From contig JAJYJM010000001.1 in assembly GCA_021789495.1 (NCBI GenBank), positions 4,018 to 68,017 on the forward strand: a stretch of DNA of 64,000 bases, in the 5' to 3' direction. This document shows, one piece after another, positions 55,734 to 64,000 of this stretch; the first letter of the stretch is position 1; every line of letters starts with the position of its first letter. Made by a program: the position numbers and the translations under genes. The notes below the pieces were generated by a model. It did not search any database, had not been told where the DNA came from, and saw nothing but the letters and a program-made list of their open reading frames with translations. This DNA comes from Nitrospirota bacterium (GTDB lineage Bacteria > Nitrospirota > JACRHJ01).

Positions 55734-55737
<4 letters not shown>

Positions 55738-56690
55738 AGCGCCTCCCTGTTCCCGATATACCATTCGACGAACTTCGGCACGCCTTCCTCGACCTTGGTA
55801 CGGGGATTATATCCGAGCATTTTTTTCGATTTCGTGATGTCGGCATAGGTAACCTCGACGTCGCCGGGCTGGTCGGGCAGCTGTTCTATGATGGCCTTTT
55901 TGCCAAGGTTCTTTTCGATAAGCTCTATAAGCGTCCTGAGTTCTGTGGTCCGGGATTCGCCGATATTGAATATCTCGAAGGCGAAATTGGCGTCGATTGC
56001 CTTGATGACTCCGTCCGCGATGTCGTCGATGTATGTGTAGTCCCTGCGGGACGAGCCGTCGCCGAACATCGGGACTGGCTTTCCCTGGTCGATAAGCCGT
56101 GTGAACTTGTGTATGGCCATCTCCGGCCTCTGGCGCGGGCCGTAGACGGTAAAAAACCGAAGGCAGGAAATATTAAGGCCGTAGAGGTGATGATATGTGT
56201 GGCATACAAGCTCGCAGGCCTTTTTCGTCGCGGCGTAGGGAGATACGGGATTGTCCACGAAGTCGGTCTCGGAAAAGGGGACTTTTTTGTTGTTGCCGTA
56301 AATCGACGAAGAGGACGCGAAGATAAAGCCCGGCAGACTGTTTTCCCTGGCCGCCTCAAGGAGGTTCATCGTCCCCCGGACATTGACGTCCTCATACAGA
56401 AGCGGGTCGGCTATGGAAGGCCGGACACCCGCCCGCGCCGCGAGGTGAAATACCCGGTCGAACTTCTCCCGCCTGAAAAGCCCCTTAAGCAGTTCCAGGT
56501 CGCGTATGTCCCCTTCGACAAGCTTATATGCCGGGTTTTTAAGCGCCGCCTCGATGTTACGTCTCTTGATTTTCGGGTCGTAGAACTCGTCGAAGCAGTC
56601 GATTACGACGACCTCGTCCCCGCGCGCAAGGAGCTTCTCCGCAACGCTCGACCCTATGAAACCCGCTCCGCCGGTAACAAGTATTTTCAT
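55734..56690 (-). CDS. NAD-dependent epimerase (UDP-glucuronate 4-epimerase-like)
   Basis: TGGAGFIG, HLAARAGVR, YAATKK, RFFTVYGPRQRP. Confidence 0.88.
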
Positions 56691-57673
56691 ATTAATGATT
56701 GCCTTATAGTTTTTCTTAACTGCTCCAGCTTCACCGTCGCAGTCCCCACCTCGCCCACGACAATGCCCGCCGCGTGGTTGGCGATTACAGCCGCTTCGCG
56801 CATGTCAGCTCCGGAGGAAAGGGCCAGCATGAGCACGGCTATTACCGTATCTCCCGCGCCGGTGACGTCGTAAACTTCCTTGGCGACTGTAGGTATGTGC
56901 GTCGGCTTACCGCCGTTCAGGAATAAGCTCATGCCCTGCTCGCCGCGGGTAATCAGAACCGCGTCGCTCTTCAGCCTTTCGATAAGCTTCTTGCCGGCGG
57001 CGGCGAGAGAGACCTCGTCTGTTATCTCGAACCCGGCGGCCTGCGAGGCTTCGAGGTTATTCGGCGTAACGACCGTTACATTTTTATAATAATCGAAATG
57101 CCCGACCTTCGGGTCTACGGCGACGGGTATTTTTCTCCCCTTTGCCATCTTCACAATCCCGGAGACGAGCTTCTTCGTAACGACGCCCTTGGCGTAGTCG
57201 GATATTATAATCCCGGAGAAGGAATGGTAATGGGTCTTGAGGTAGTCGAGGATAATGTACTCGGAGGCGCAGGCGATGTCGCCCTTGCTCTCGCGGTCGA
57301 AACGGACGACCTGCTGGCTGTGCGCTATGACCCGCGTCTTGACGGTGGTCGGACGGCAGTTGTCCACGATTATTCCGCCCGTGTCGATTTTCTTAAGTCT
57401 TAGCTCGTGGATTATCCTTCGGCCCATCTCGTCGTCGCCGACGGCTCCGCAGATGCCGGCCCTGCCTCCGAGCGAGGCGATGTTGTTCAGGACGTTTGCC
57501 GCACCGCCCAGCATTATGGATTCGTGGTTGATGTCAACCACCGGGACGGGGGCCTCAGGCGATATGCGCGAGACCTTGCCCCAGATGAATTGGTCGAGTA
57601 TGATGTCCCCGACAACGAGGATATTGGCGGACTTGAAACGCTCCAGGTGTCCGAGAATATTTTTTTTATCCAA
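56687..57673 (-). CDS. rfaE1: D-glycero-beta-D-manno-heptose-7-phosphate kinase (HldA/RfaE domain I)
   Basis: RISPEAPVPVV, GGAANV, SDYAKG, DVTGAGDT. Confidence 0.9.
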   Translation of the reverse strand: MDKKNILGHLERFKSANILVVGDIILDQFIWGKVSRISPEAPVPVVDINHESIMLGGAANVLNNIASLGGRAGICGAVGDDEMGRRIIHELRLKKIDTGGIIVDNCRPTTVKTRVIAHSQQVVRFDRESKGDIACASEYIILDYLKTHYHSFSGIIISDYAKGVVTKKLVSGIVKMAKGRKIPVAVDPKVGHFDYYKNVTVVTPNNLEASQAAGFEITDEVSLAAAGKKLIERLKSDAVLITRGEQGMSLFLNGGKPTHIPTVAKEVYDVTGAGDTVIAVLMLALSSGADMREAAVIANHAAGIVVGEVGTATVKLEQLRKTIRQSLI

Positions 57674-57711
57674 AACGCTCTCTCCCGAAAGACATATAAA
57701 AACGAGCTATT

Positions 57712-58830
57712 TTATATTACTTTCCTGTAAACCTCAAGAGTCTTCTGGAGTGTTTTTGTCCAGGTAAAGTTTTCCGATTTTAATCTTGCCCTTTTTCCTG
57801 CCTCATATCTCGCCTTTTCGCAGGAGAGATACTGCAAAATGGCCGCGAGTCCCGCCGCGTCATCAGGGTTTTTAAGCACAAAACCGCTTGAGCCGTCCTC
57901 AATAATCTCCGCTACGCCGTTCTGTACCGTGGTTATAACCGGCAGGCCGGTCGCCATGGCTTCAAGGCAGGAATTGGAAAACGGGTCGTATTTCGTCGGC
58001 AGTACGAAAATATCCGCCGCGCCGTAAAGCGCCTCCGGTTCCGGGACATGGCCGGCAAAGATAAGCCGGTCTGAAATTCCCAGCCGTCCAGCCTGCCTGA
58101 GGAACGGCTTCGGGTCGTCCTTCCCGGCTATCAACAGCTTGATTTTACTGACGTTTCCCTCCATATCCTTCGCATATCCGATTGCGTTTACGGCCGTCTG
58201 AAGCCCTTTTCTCCTATACCCCGCCCCGACGAAGAGCGCGATTAAGTCGTCCCCAAGGCCGTATTTTTGCCTGATTTCGGCCCGCTTCAGCCGCGCGGAG
58301 ACCGGATTGAATTTCTCAAGGTCAACGCCGTTATACGCAACGAAGACGTTCTCCGGCGGGATTGGGTAATGCTTGAGCAGGCCCTGTTTTGAAAATTCCG
58401 AGTTCGTGATGACCGCCCTGCACCCGCCTGGCCTGTATCGCTCTTTTTCCATTTTCAGGACAACACTGTGCAGAGGGTTCAGGAAGTCGAGCGGATTTCC
58501 CATCCTGTCCATGTATTCCGCATGACATCCGCCGCCCACCGTAACAACCCCGTCCGTGAACGGTCTTATCTGGTTATGCACGAGGTCGATGTCTCTTCTG
58601 CCGGACAATACCCGCAGGAGATTGTTTTTAAAGTTCGCCACCTTAAGAAAAGACGGCCCGGAGACCATCGGGACAATATTTACCTCCGCCCTGAAGTCCG
58701 GCTCTTCAATGGCCGCCGCGAATATGGAGACTTCCACGCCCGCTTCCACGAGTCCTCCGGCGAGGTTCCACGCGCGCCTCTCGCTGCCGCCTTTCCTGTC
58801 GAAGCGAATGGAAGCGAGTCCTATGCGCAT
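57712..58830 (-). CDS. Glycosyltransferase family 4 (WaaG-like)
   Basis: GGSER, YNGVD, RKGL, YDPFSNSCLEAMATGLPV. Confidence 0.88.
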   Translation of the reverse strand: MRIGLASIRFDRKGGSERRAWNLAGGLVEAGVEVSIFAAAIEEPDFRAEVNIVPMVSGPSFLKVANFKNNLLRVLSGRRDIDLVHNQIRPFTDGVVTVGGGCHAEYMDRMGNPLDFLNPLHSVVLKMEKERYRPGGCRAVITNSEFSKQGLLKHYPIPPENVFVAYNGVDLEKFNPVSARLKRAEIRQKYGLGDDLIALFVGAGYRRKGLQTAVNAIGYAKDMEGNVSKIKLLIAGKDDPKPFLRQAGRLGISDRLIFAGHVPEPEALYGAADIFVLPTKYDPFSNSCLEAMATGLPVITTVQNGVAEIIEDGSSGFVLKNPDDAAGLAAILQYLSCEKARYEAGKRARLKSENFTWTKTLQKTLEVYRKVI

Positions 58831-59918
58831 CCGAGCACCTTCCGACAAAACGCCTCCGTATCGTCGAGCATCTTCTCTTTCGTATGACCCTCTATTGCCA
58901 TGCGTCTCCCGGCCATTCCCATTTCGCGCGCTTTTTCCGGGTCTGACAGAAGTTTCAATATCGCGCCCGCGAGGGCTTCGGGATTCCTGGGCGGCACGAT
59001 ATAGCCGTTTATCCCGTCTCTGAGCACCTCCGGTATGCCGCCCGTCTCCGTGCCTGCAATGGGCTTACCGGCGGCCATAGATTGAATGGCGAACTGCGGG
59101 ATGCCTTCCGAGGCGTAAGATGCCATCACGGAGACGTCGAAGGCGGCTATTATATCCGGTATATCCTCGCGATGCCCGGCAAGTATTACGGAATCCTGCA
59201 GCTCAAGCTCCGCCGTGAGCTCCGTTATTCCTTTCCGGAGGTCGCCTTCGCCCGCAATTAAAAGCCTCGCTTCCGGGAAATATCGGACGATTTCATGCAT
59301 GGCGCGGAGTATATGCAGATGCCCTTTCCAGCTCCTGAGCGCCGCGGCTATGCCGATTACCGGCACGTCCTCGGCTATGCCGAATTCCCGCCGCACCCTC
59401 CCGCCATCCGCATCCATGAATCTCCCGACGTCTATCCCGGTAGGTATCGAGAATATTTTATCCGGAGATAATTTCAGCTCCCGGACAAGCTGCTCCTTTA
59501 TGAAATTCCCGGTCGTGACGATTCCGTCGGTCAGAGGGCCGTAGACTAGCCTGGTAAACGGGTTCGGCCTTAACCTCGACGAGATGTGCCTGGTGCGGAT
59601 GACCTTTATGCCGGCGATTCTTCCGGCGATGCCCCCGGCCCAGCTGTCCCGCGAACTGTGGGTATTGAGTATCTGAATGCGCTCGGATTGGATTAGTTTC
59701 CGGAGTTTGTGTCCGGTTATAAAGAGATTTTTCCTGTCGAAGTCTATCCCGAAAACCTTTATTCCCGCACTGGACGCCCTTTTATAAATCTGTGAATGCT
59801 CCGGCGCCGCGAGGGCCACGGCGTGTCCCCTCTCCTTCATCCCAAGCATCTCGTTCAAGATGCGGATTTCCTGCCCGCCCCAGCCCACGGAGGCCTCGGT
59901 ATGAAGTATGCGGAACAT
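58821..59918 (-). CDS. Glycosyltransferase family 4
   Basis: GWGGQE, HSSRD, WKGH, EGIPQ...SMAAGKP. Confidence 0.88.
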   Translation of the reverse strand: MFRILHTEASVGWGGQEIRILNEMLGMKERGHAVALAAPEHSQIYKRASSAGIKVFGIDFDRKNLFITGHKLRKLIQSERIQILNTHSSRDSWAGGIAGRIAGIKVIRTRHISSRLRPNPFTRLVYGPLTDGIVTTGNFIKEQLVRELKLSPDKIFSIPTGIDVGRFMDADGGRVRREFGIAEDVPVIGIAAALRSWKGHLHILRAMHEIVRYFPEARLLIAGEGDLRKGITELTAELELQDSVILAGHREDIPDIIAAFDVSVMASYASEGIPQFAIQSMAAGKPIAGTETGGIPEVLRDGINGYIVPPRNPEALAGAILKLLSDPEKAREMGMAGRRMAIEGHTKEKMLDDTEAFCRKVLGCA

Positions 59919-60048
59919 TAAAAGTATCCCAAACCCTTGAGCTGTTCTGCTATCATGCGCTGGTCTTCTTCATCCGTTTTTCCGGTTGACCAGTTGTATG
60001 CTTCGCATTCAGTATCGGTTGATACCTCAGGGATATTGGTCCCCCTCC
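59918..60048 (-). pseudogene. C-terminal remnant of an alkaline phosphatase/sulfatase/phosphodiesterase-type gene
   Basis: Startless frame ...PEVSTDTECEAYNWSTGKTDEEDQRMIAEQLKGLGYF*, stop overlaps the next ATG. Confidence 0.55.
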
Positions 60049-60449
60049 CTAAACTTTTCTCAGTTTAAACCGCAGATACCGCACCAGCAGCGACGGAAGT
60101 TTCAGAAACATGGTTTTTCTGAATCTGACCGAATATGCCCATGATTCAAGCCCCTGATACGGCCTCAAAAAAGACATATTCTTTTTGGCCCAACCGAGAA
60201 GCTCCTTGGAGAACGCCTTCCTCAACACCTTTTTCTGGCGCCGGCTAAGGAACGGCTTCTGCTTTTCGTATATTATCTTGTAATATAGTCCCCTGCCCTG
60301 AATAAAGTTTGTAAAATTCTCTTCATGCTCTCGCCGATTGTATAAGTCCGGAAACCATATGTCGTCATGGTCCAAAAAAGCGATATATTTGCCCGTCGAG
60401 GTCTTTATACCGATATTTCTCGCTCGGGCTACGCCGCGACCTTCTTCAT
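60049..60449 (-). pseudogene. Deleted/frameshifted GT2 glycosyltransferase
   Basis: ATG AAG AAG GTC (MKKV) overlapping the upstream stop ends after 6 codons; another frame has RGVARARNIGI..STGKYIAFLDHDDIWFP joined directly to C-terminal YNRREH... Confidence 0.75.
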
Positions 60450-61465
60450 GCGCGCACCCCTGAGAGTTCTTCAACCAAGGATACATATTTTTTAATATAA
60501 TCCGTAAGCGCGTATTTTTCCGCCACTGTCTTCCGGCTCTCAAGGCCCATCTTCTTTCGTAGAGAACTGTCGGCTATCAGTTCCGAAAGACGCGCCTCCC
60601 ACTCCTCGTTGCTGCTTGCAAGAAAGCCGTTCACGCCGTGTTTTATGATGTCGCAGTTTATGCCGACGGGAGATGCCACGACAGGCACGCCCACGGAAAA
60701 ATACTGGAGTATCTTGAACCCGCACTTCCCCCGACTCCAGATGTCGTCCGTAAGGGGCATAAGCCCAATGTCCAGTTCGCGCAGGTATGCGAGCTCGTTC
60801 TCGACGCTCCACTTCCTTCTGTTTACCTTTATCCCTTCAAATTCAGGAAAATCGCTGCATATAACCGAGAGGGAGATGTCCGGGAATTTCCCGGCCAGTT
60901 TCTTAAATACCGGCTTAAGGGCTTCGAGATAAAACAGGTTCCCTTTTGTGCCTATCCAGCCGATTACGATTTCCTTTTTATCGTTCGGCCTGCCTGGAGA
61001 ATATTTCTCCACATCGACAGGAGTGGTCAAAATCTCCACCCGCTTGCAATATTTCTTGGCCTCCTCAGCCAGGTATTCGTTCCCGGCGACGGCTATGTCA
61101 GTAATCTCCATTATTCCCCTGAACCTGCCCGTGAACCTGCTTATACGCCGGGGATCCGTATACATGATAGCGTCGTCGAAATCGAAGATTATCTTCTTCC
61201 TGAGCGCCTTCAGCACGCGAAGCTCAAGCCGGTTGAATAGCTTTTTGTGCAATAAAATAATGTCTGAGTTAAAAAACCTAAGAAAGAGGCGAATCCTGCC
61301 GATAAATCCCTTCGGCACACCGCGAACTTCGCATTGCCAGCCTCTTTTTACCATCTCTTCTGCCACGGGATAAATCCTGGCGCGGCTGCCGGGATAATCC
61401 TTTTTATGAACTACAAGAATGATGTCGATTATACTCATAAAGGTTTTCTCCGGAACGTTTTTCAT
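60446..61465 (-). CDS. Glycosyltransferase family 4
   Basis: SRARI, FDFDDAI, GWIG, GKCGFKILQY, ASPVG. Confidence 0.88.
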   Translation of the reverse strand: MKNVPEKTFMSIIDIILVVHKKDYPGSRARIYPVAEEMVKRGWQCEVRGVPKGFIGRIRLFLRFFNSDIILLHKKLFNRLELRVLKALRKKIIFDFDDAIMYTDPRRISRFTGRFRGIMEITDIAVAGNEYLAEEAKKYCKRVEILTTPVDVEKYSPGRPNDKKEIVIGWIGTKGNLFYLEALKPVFKKLAGKFPDISLSVICSDFPEFEGIKVNRRKWSVENELAYLRELDIGLMPLTDDIWSRGKCGFKILQYFSVGVPVVASPVGINCDIIKHGVNGFLASSNEEWEARLSELIADSSLRKKMGLESRKTVAEKYALTDYIKKYVSLVEELSGVRA

Positions 61466-62493
61466 AAGTAAGTTTTTATAAGTTCTTCTATCGCCCGGAT
61501 TACCTCAGGCACGGTTATGGCTTCGAGGCAGTCGCTTTTTTTGCTTCCGCCGCAGCCGTCCTTCCGGCAGGGCAGGCAGGGAAATTTTTCCTTTTTCATC
61601 ACAACGCGGGCCTTGTCGGTATACGGCCCCCACACCTTATAATCGGAAGGACCGAAAAGGGCGACTACCGGCGTCCCGACAGCCGCAGCCATGTGCATCG
61701 GCGCCGAATCCACGCCGAAGAACAGCCTGCTCATTTTGAGAAGCGAGGCGAGCTGCCCAAGAGTCAGCAGACCGGAAAGGTTTATTGGCCGCGCCTTAGC
61801 ATATCCTGCAATGGTCTCCGCCTTGTCCATCTCTTTTCTGTCCGGGCCGGATGTCAGAACCACATTGAAACCCTTGTCGTGCAGGTAGTCTATAACGCCG
61901 GCGACGGACTTGTCGTTCCAGCATTTGAAGAGCCAGCGCGATGTCGGATGCACAACCGCTATCCGGGCGCCGTCCTTGATTCCCCGCCCGGCAAGCATGT
62001 CAAGAACGCGTTCGTCGCTTTCTCCGGACGTATAAAGCTCAAGCCTCCGGCCGCCCGGCTCGATTCCAAGCGGCCTTATCATCTCCATGTCCATGAGTGC
62101 GCGGTGCCTGTCCCACTTCTGGGGCACGAGGTCGGTAAAAAGCCTTTCCTTGCCGATGAAACCTCTGCCCATCGGGTCCGCCCCGATTCTCTTCGCTGCT
62201 CCGGAAGCGGCACACATTATCGCGCCCCTGTCTCCCTCCGTCATGTTTATCGCAACATCGAACCTTGCGCGGCGAATGGCCTTAAGCAGTCTCAGTTCCT
62301 CAATAATGCCGCTGCCTTTTTTGAACGGAAGCACCTCTGCCACGCATGGATTCAAGGACAACATCTCTTCCATCCCCTGCGGAATTACCGCCGTTATCCC
62401 GGCATCAGGATAGAAATCTTTCAATGCGCGGAGCATAGGGGTCATCATCAGGACGTCCCCGATATTCCGGAGTTTTACGACCAGTATCCGCAT
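61462..62493 (-). CDS. rfaQ: LPS heptosyltransferase III-like (GT9)
   Basis: LRNIGDVLM, HPTSRWLFKCW, GVDSAPMHMAAA, LFGPS. Confidence 0.8.
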   Translation of the reverse strand: MRILVVKLRNIGDVLMMTPMLRALKDFYPDAGITAVIPQGMEEMLSLNPCVAEVLPFKKGSGIIEELRLLKAIRRARFDVAINMTEGDRGAIMCAASGAAKRIGADPMGRGFIGKERLFTDLVPQKWDRHRALMDMEMIRPLGIEPGGRRLELYTSGESDERVLDMLAGRGIKDGARIAVVHPTSRWLFKCWNDKSVAGVIDYLHDKGFNVVLTSGPDRKEMDKAETIAGYAKARPINLSGLLTLGQLASLLKMSRLFFGVDSAPMHMAAAVGTPVVALFGPSDYKVWGPYTDKARVVMKKEKFPCLPCRKDGCGGSKKSDCLEAITVPEVIRAIEELIKTYL

Positions 62494-62497
62494 CTTT

Positions 62498-63244
62498 TTA
62501 TCTCAAGCCCGTCTCCATGAGCTTCGCGTATTTCGAGAACGTATAATACGAGTAAAGCCCGGCGAGCAAAAGACCGTGGATGCCGTCCCGGAAGCCGCCT
62601 TTAAATAAATACATTTTGATGAACGTCATATGCGGTCTTAAGAGCAGGTCGGAGATTGTTGCCCTGCGTCCCTCTTTTCGCATCTCCTGCGCCGCGAGGG
62701 TGGAATATTTATCCGCCCTGATGATGTAATCAGAGACGCTGTCGTAGGTGAAGTGGAGCATCGGGTTTTCTATGTATCCCGCCTCCCCGTCCAGTTCAAC
62801 AGCCTCGTGCACGGCCCGGTCTTTAAATCTGCCCCGTCTCCTGTCGAAAAGGCGAATCGAATAATCCGGATACCAGCCGCCGTGCCTTATCTCCCTGCCC
62901 ATGAAGTGATTTCTTCGCGGGCAATAATAACCCGGCCTGTCAGGCCCGGCATCCACGAGCTTCCTTATCTCTTCGGCAAGGGCCGGAGTTATCCGCTCGT
63001 CGGCGTCGAGGACGAACACCCAGTCGTTCCCGGCCAGTTCCACCGCTCTTTGCTTCTGGCCTGAGAACCCGCGCCACTCCTCCTGGAATACCCTGTCCGT
63101 AAATCCCCTGCAAATATCGACCGTGCCGTCCGTGCTGAAGGAGTCCAACACGACTATCTCGTCCGCGAAAGACGCGCCGGCGAGCGCATCACGGATATTC
63201 TTTTCCTCGTCCTTCGTGATGACGACGACGGAAACGGCGGTCAT
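62498..63244 (-). CDS. Glycosyltransferase family 2 (WaaE/KdtX-like)
   Basis: DSFSTDGT, LDADER, GGWYPD, VHE, GFRDG. Confidence 0.88.
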   Translation of the reverse strand: MTAVSVVVITKDEEKNIRDALAGASFADEIVVLDSFSTDGTVDICRGFTDRVFQEEWRGFSGQKQRAVELAGNDWVFVLDADERITPALAEEIRKLVDAGPDRPGYYCPRRNHFMGREIRHGGWYPDYSIRLFDRRRGRFKDRAVHEAVELDGEAGYIENPMLHFTYDSVSDYIIRADKYSTLAAQEMRKEGRRATISDLLLRPHMTFIKMYLFKGGFRDGIHGLLLAGLYSYYTFSKYAKLMETGLR

Positions 63245-63411
63245 TACGAAAGCTTCTCCGCCTCGTCAATCAGCATTACCGGTATGTCGTCCTTTATTGG
63301 GTATTTCAGCTTGCAGGCGTCGCATATCAGCCCGTCGCCGCTTTCTGTCAGCCGTATATCTCCCTTGCACTTCGGGCATGCGAGTATTTCCAGGAGTTCT
63401 CTGCTTATCAT
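63244..63411 (-). CDS. Trm112/YcaR family protein (below ORF-track cutoff)
   Basis: MISRELLEILACPKCKGDIRLTESGDGLICDACKLKYPIKDDIPVMLIDEAEKLS (55 aa), coupled to both neighbours. Confidence 0.9.
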   Translation of the reverse strand: MISRELLEILACPKCKGDIRLTESGDGLICDACKLKYPIKDDIPVMLIDEAEKLS

Positions 63412-64000
63412 TTTTTTTCCTCCAGCATCTCCTCCGCCGCGCGGAAGACGTCTTCAACCGTAATATCCTTCATGCACATCATATGCTTTTTCTCCGGGCA
63501 TTCCCTCTTAAGACAAGGAGAACAGGCCGCGCCGGATGTAATTACCCTGTGGCCACGCCCGTACGGGCCGGTGCGTCCAGGATCTGTCGGGCCGAATATC
63601 GCCAGCGCTCTTGTCCCCATTGCCGCCGCAATATGCATCGGGCCGGAGTCGTTCGTTATCATCAGCCGCGCCCTGCCGAGTAGCGCCGCAAGGCCCTTCA
63701 GGGATGTTTTCCCGAACGCGAGGCTCTCCCGGCCTGTAAGCCCTTCCAGTCCGGACATTACGCCCGCTTCATCTGCGCTGCCGATAAAAATATATTTCAA
63801 CCCCCTGCGTTCCTTCAGCGCCAACGCGAGGCGGGCGAATTTTTCCGCCTCCCAGCGCTTGGTCATCCATCTCGCCGACGGGGCAATGGTCGCGAACTCA
63901 TCGTTTTCGCCTATGCCCGCGTCTTTCAGGATTCGCCCGGCCTCGGTTAAGTCGGCGCCGTTCACAGCAATGTCGAATCTCGGAGTCTCAGGCGCGGCGA
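63408..64000 (-). CDS. LPS heptosyltransferase (GT9, WaaC/WaaF-like; 5' partial)
   Basis: PSARWMTKRW, GKTSL, NDSGPMHIAAA, FGPT, CSPC. Confidence 0.85.
   Translation of the reverse strand, partial: AAPETPRFDIAVNGADLTEAGRILKDAGIGENDEFATIAPSARWMTKRWEAEKFARLALALKERRGLKYIFIGSADEAGVMSGLEGLTGRESLAFGKTSLKGLAALLGRARLMITNDSGPMHIAAAMGTRALAIFGPTDPGRTGPYGRGHRVITSGAACSPCLKRECPEKKHMMCMKDITVEDVFRAAEEMLEEKK

Overview
Core-genome segment of a GC-rich (diderm, probably anaerobic, Nitrospirota/Desulfobacterota-like; taxonomy is an inference from gene order) bacterium. No rRNA, tRNA, CRISPR array, transposase or prophage was seen. Left to right it carries: futalosine-pathway menaquinone genes (amidohydrolase-mqnE-mqnC); an AT-rich intergenic DnaA-box cluster; a long minus-strand run (glk-lepA-lepB, then a PyrR-attenuated pyrR-pyrB-pyrC-carA-pflX-carB-greA-pyrK-pyrD operon continuing into an UshA-like/tetraheme c554 fusion, DUF62 SAM hydrolase, a receiver protein and miaB-mtaB-thiouridylase); a B12-radical SAM gene; a perR/fur-hfq(tandem)-hfq-lnt-prfB operon; ogg, lysS, lolE-orf-lolD; cbiMQO; queD-pmbA; copA-ccsA-resB; mtnP-pfkB-pilF-rodZ; and a Kdo/LPS-core cluster. 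The most unusual signals are: (1) three divergent Hfq/Sm domains in two adjacent genes; (2) several families of short palindromic REP-like repeats that sit in frame inside miaB, mtaB, kdsA, pyrK and the DUF62 gene and appear to supply start sites for kdsA and ogg; (3) a DnaA-box cluster with no dnaA in view; (4) three gene remnants (Usp, GT2, phosphodiesterase/sulfatase tail) eroded by large deletions. All family assignments come from motif recognition by eye; no database searches were run.
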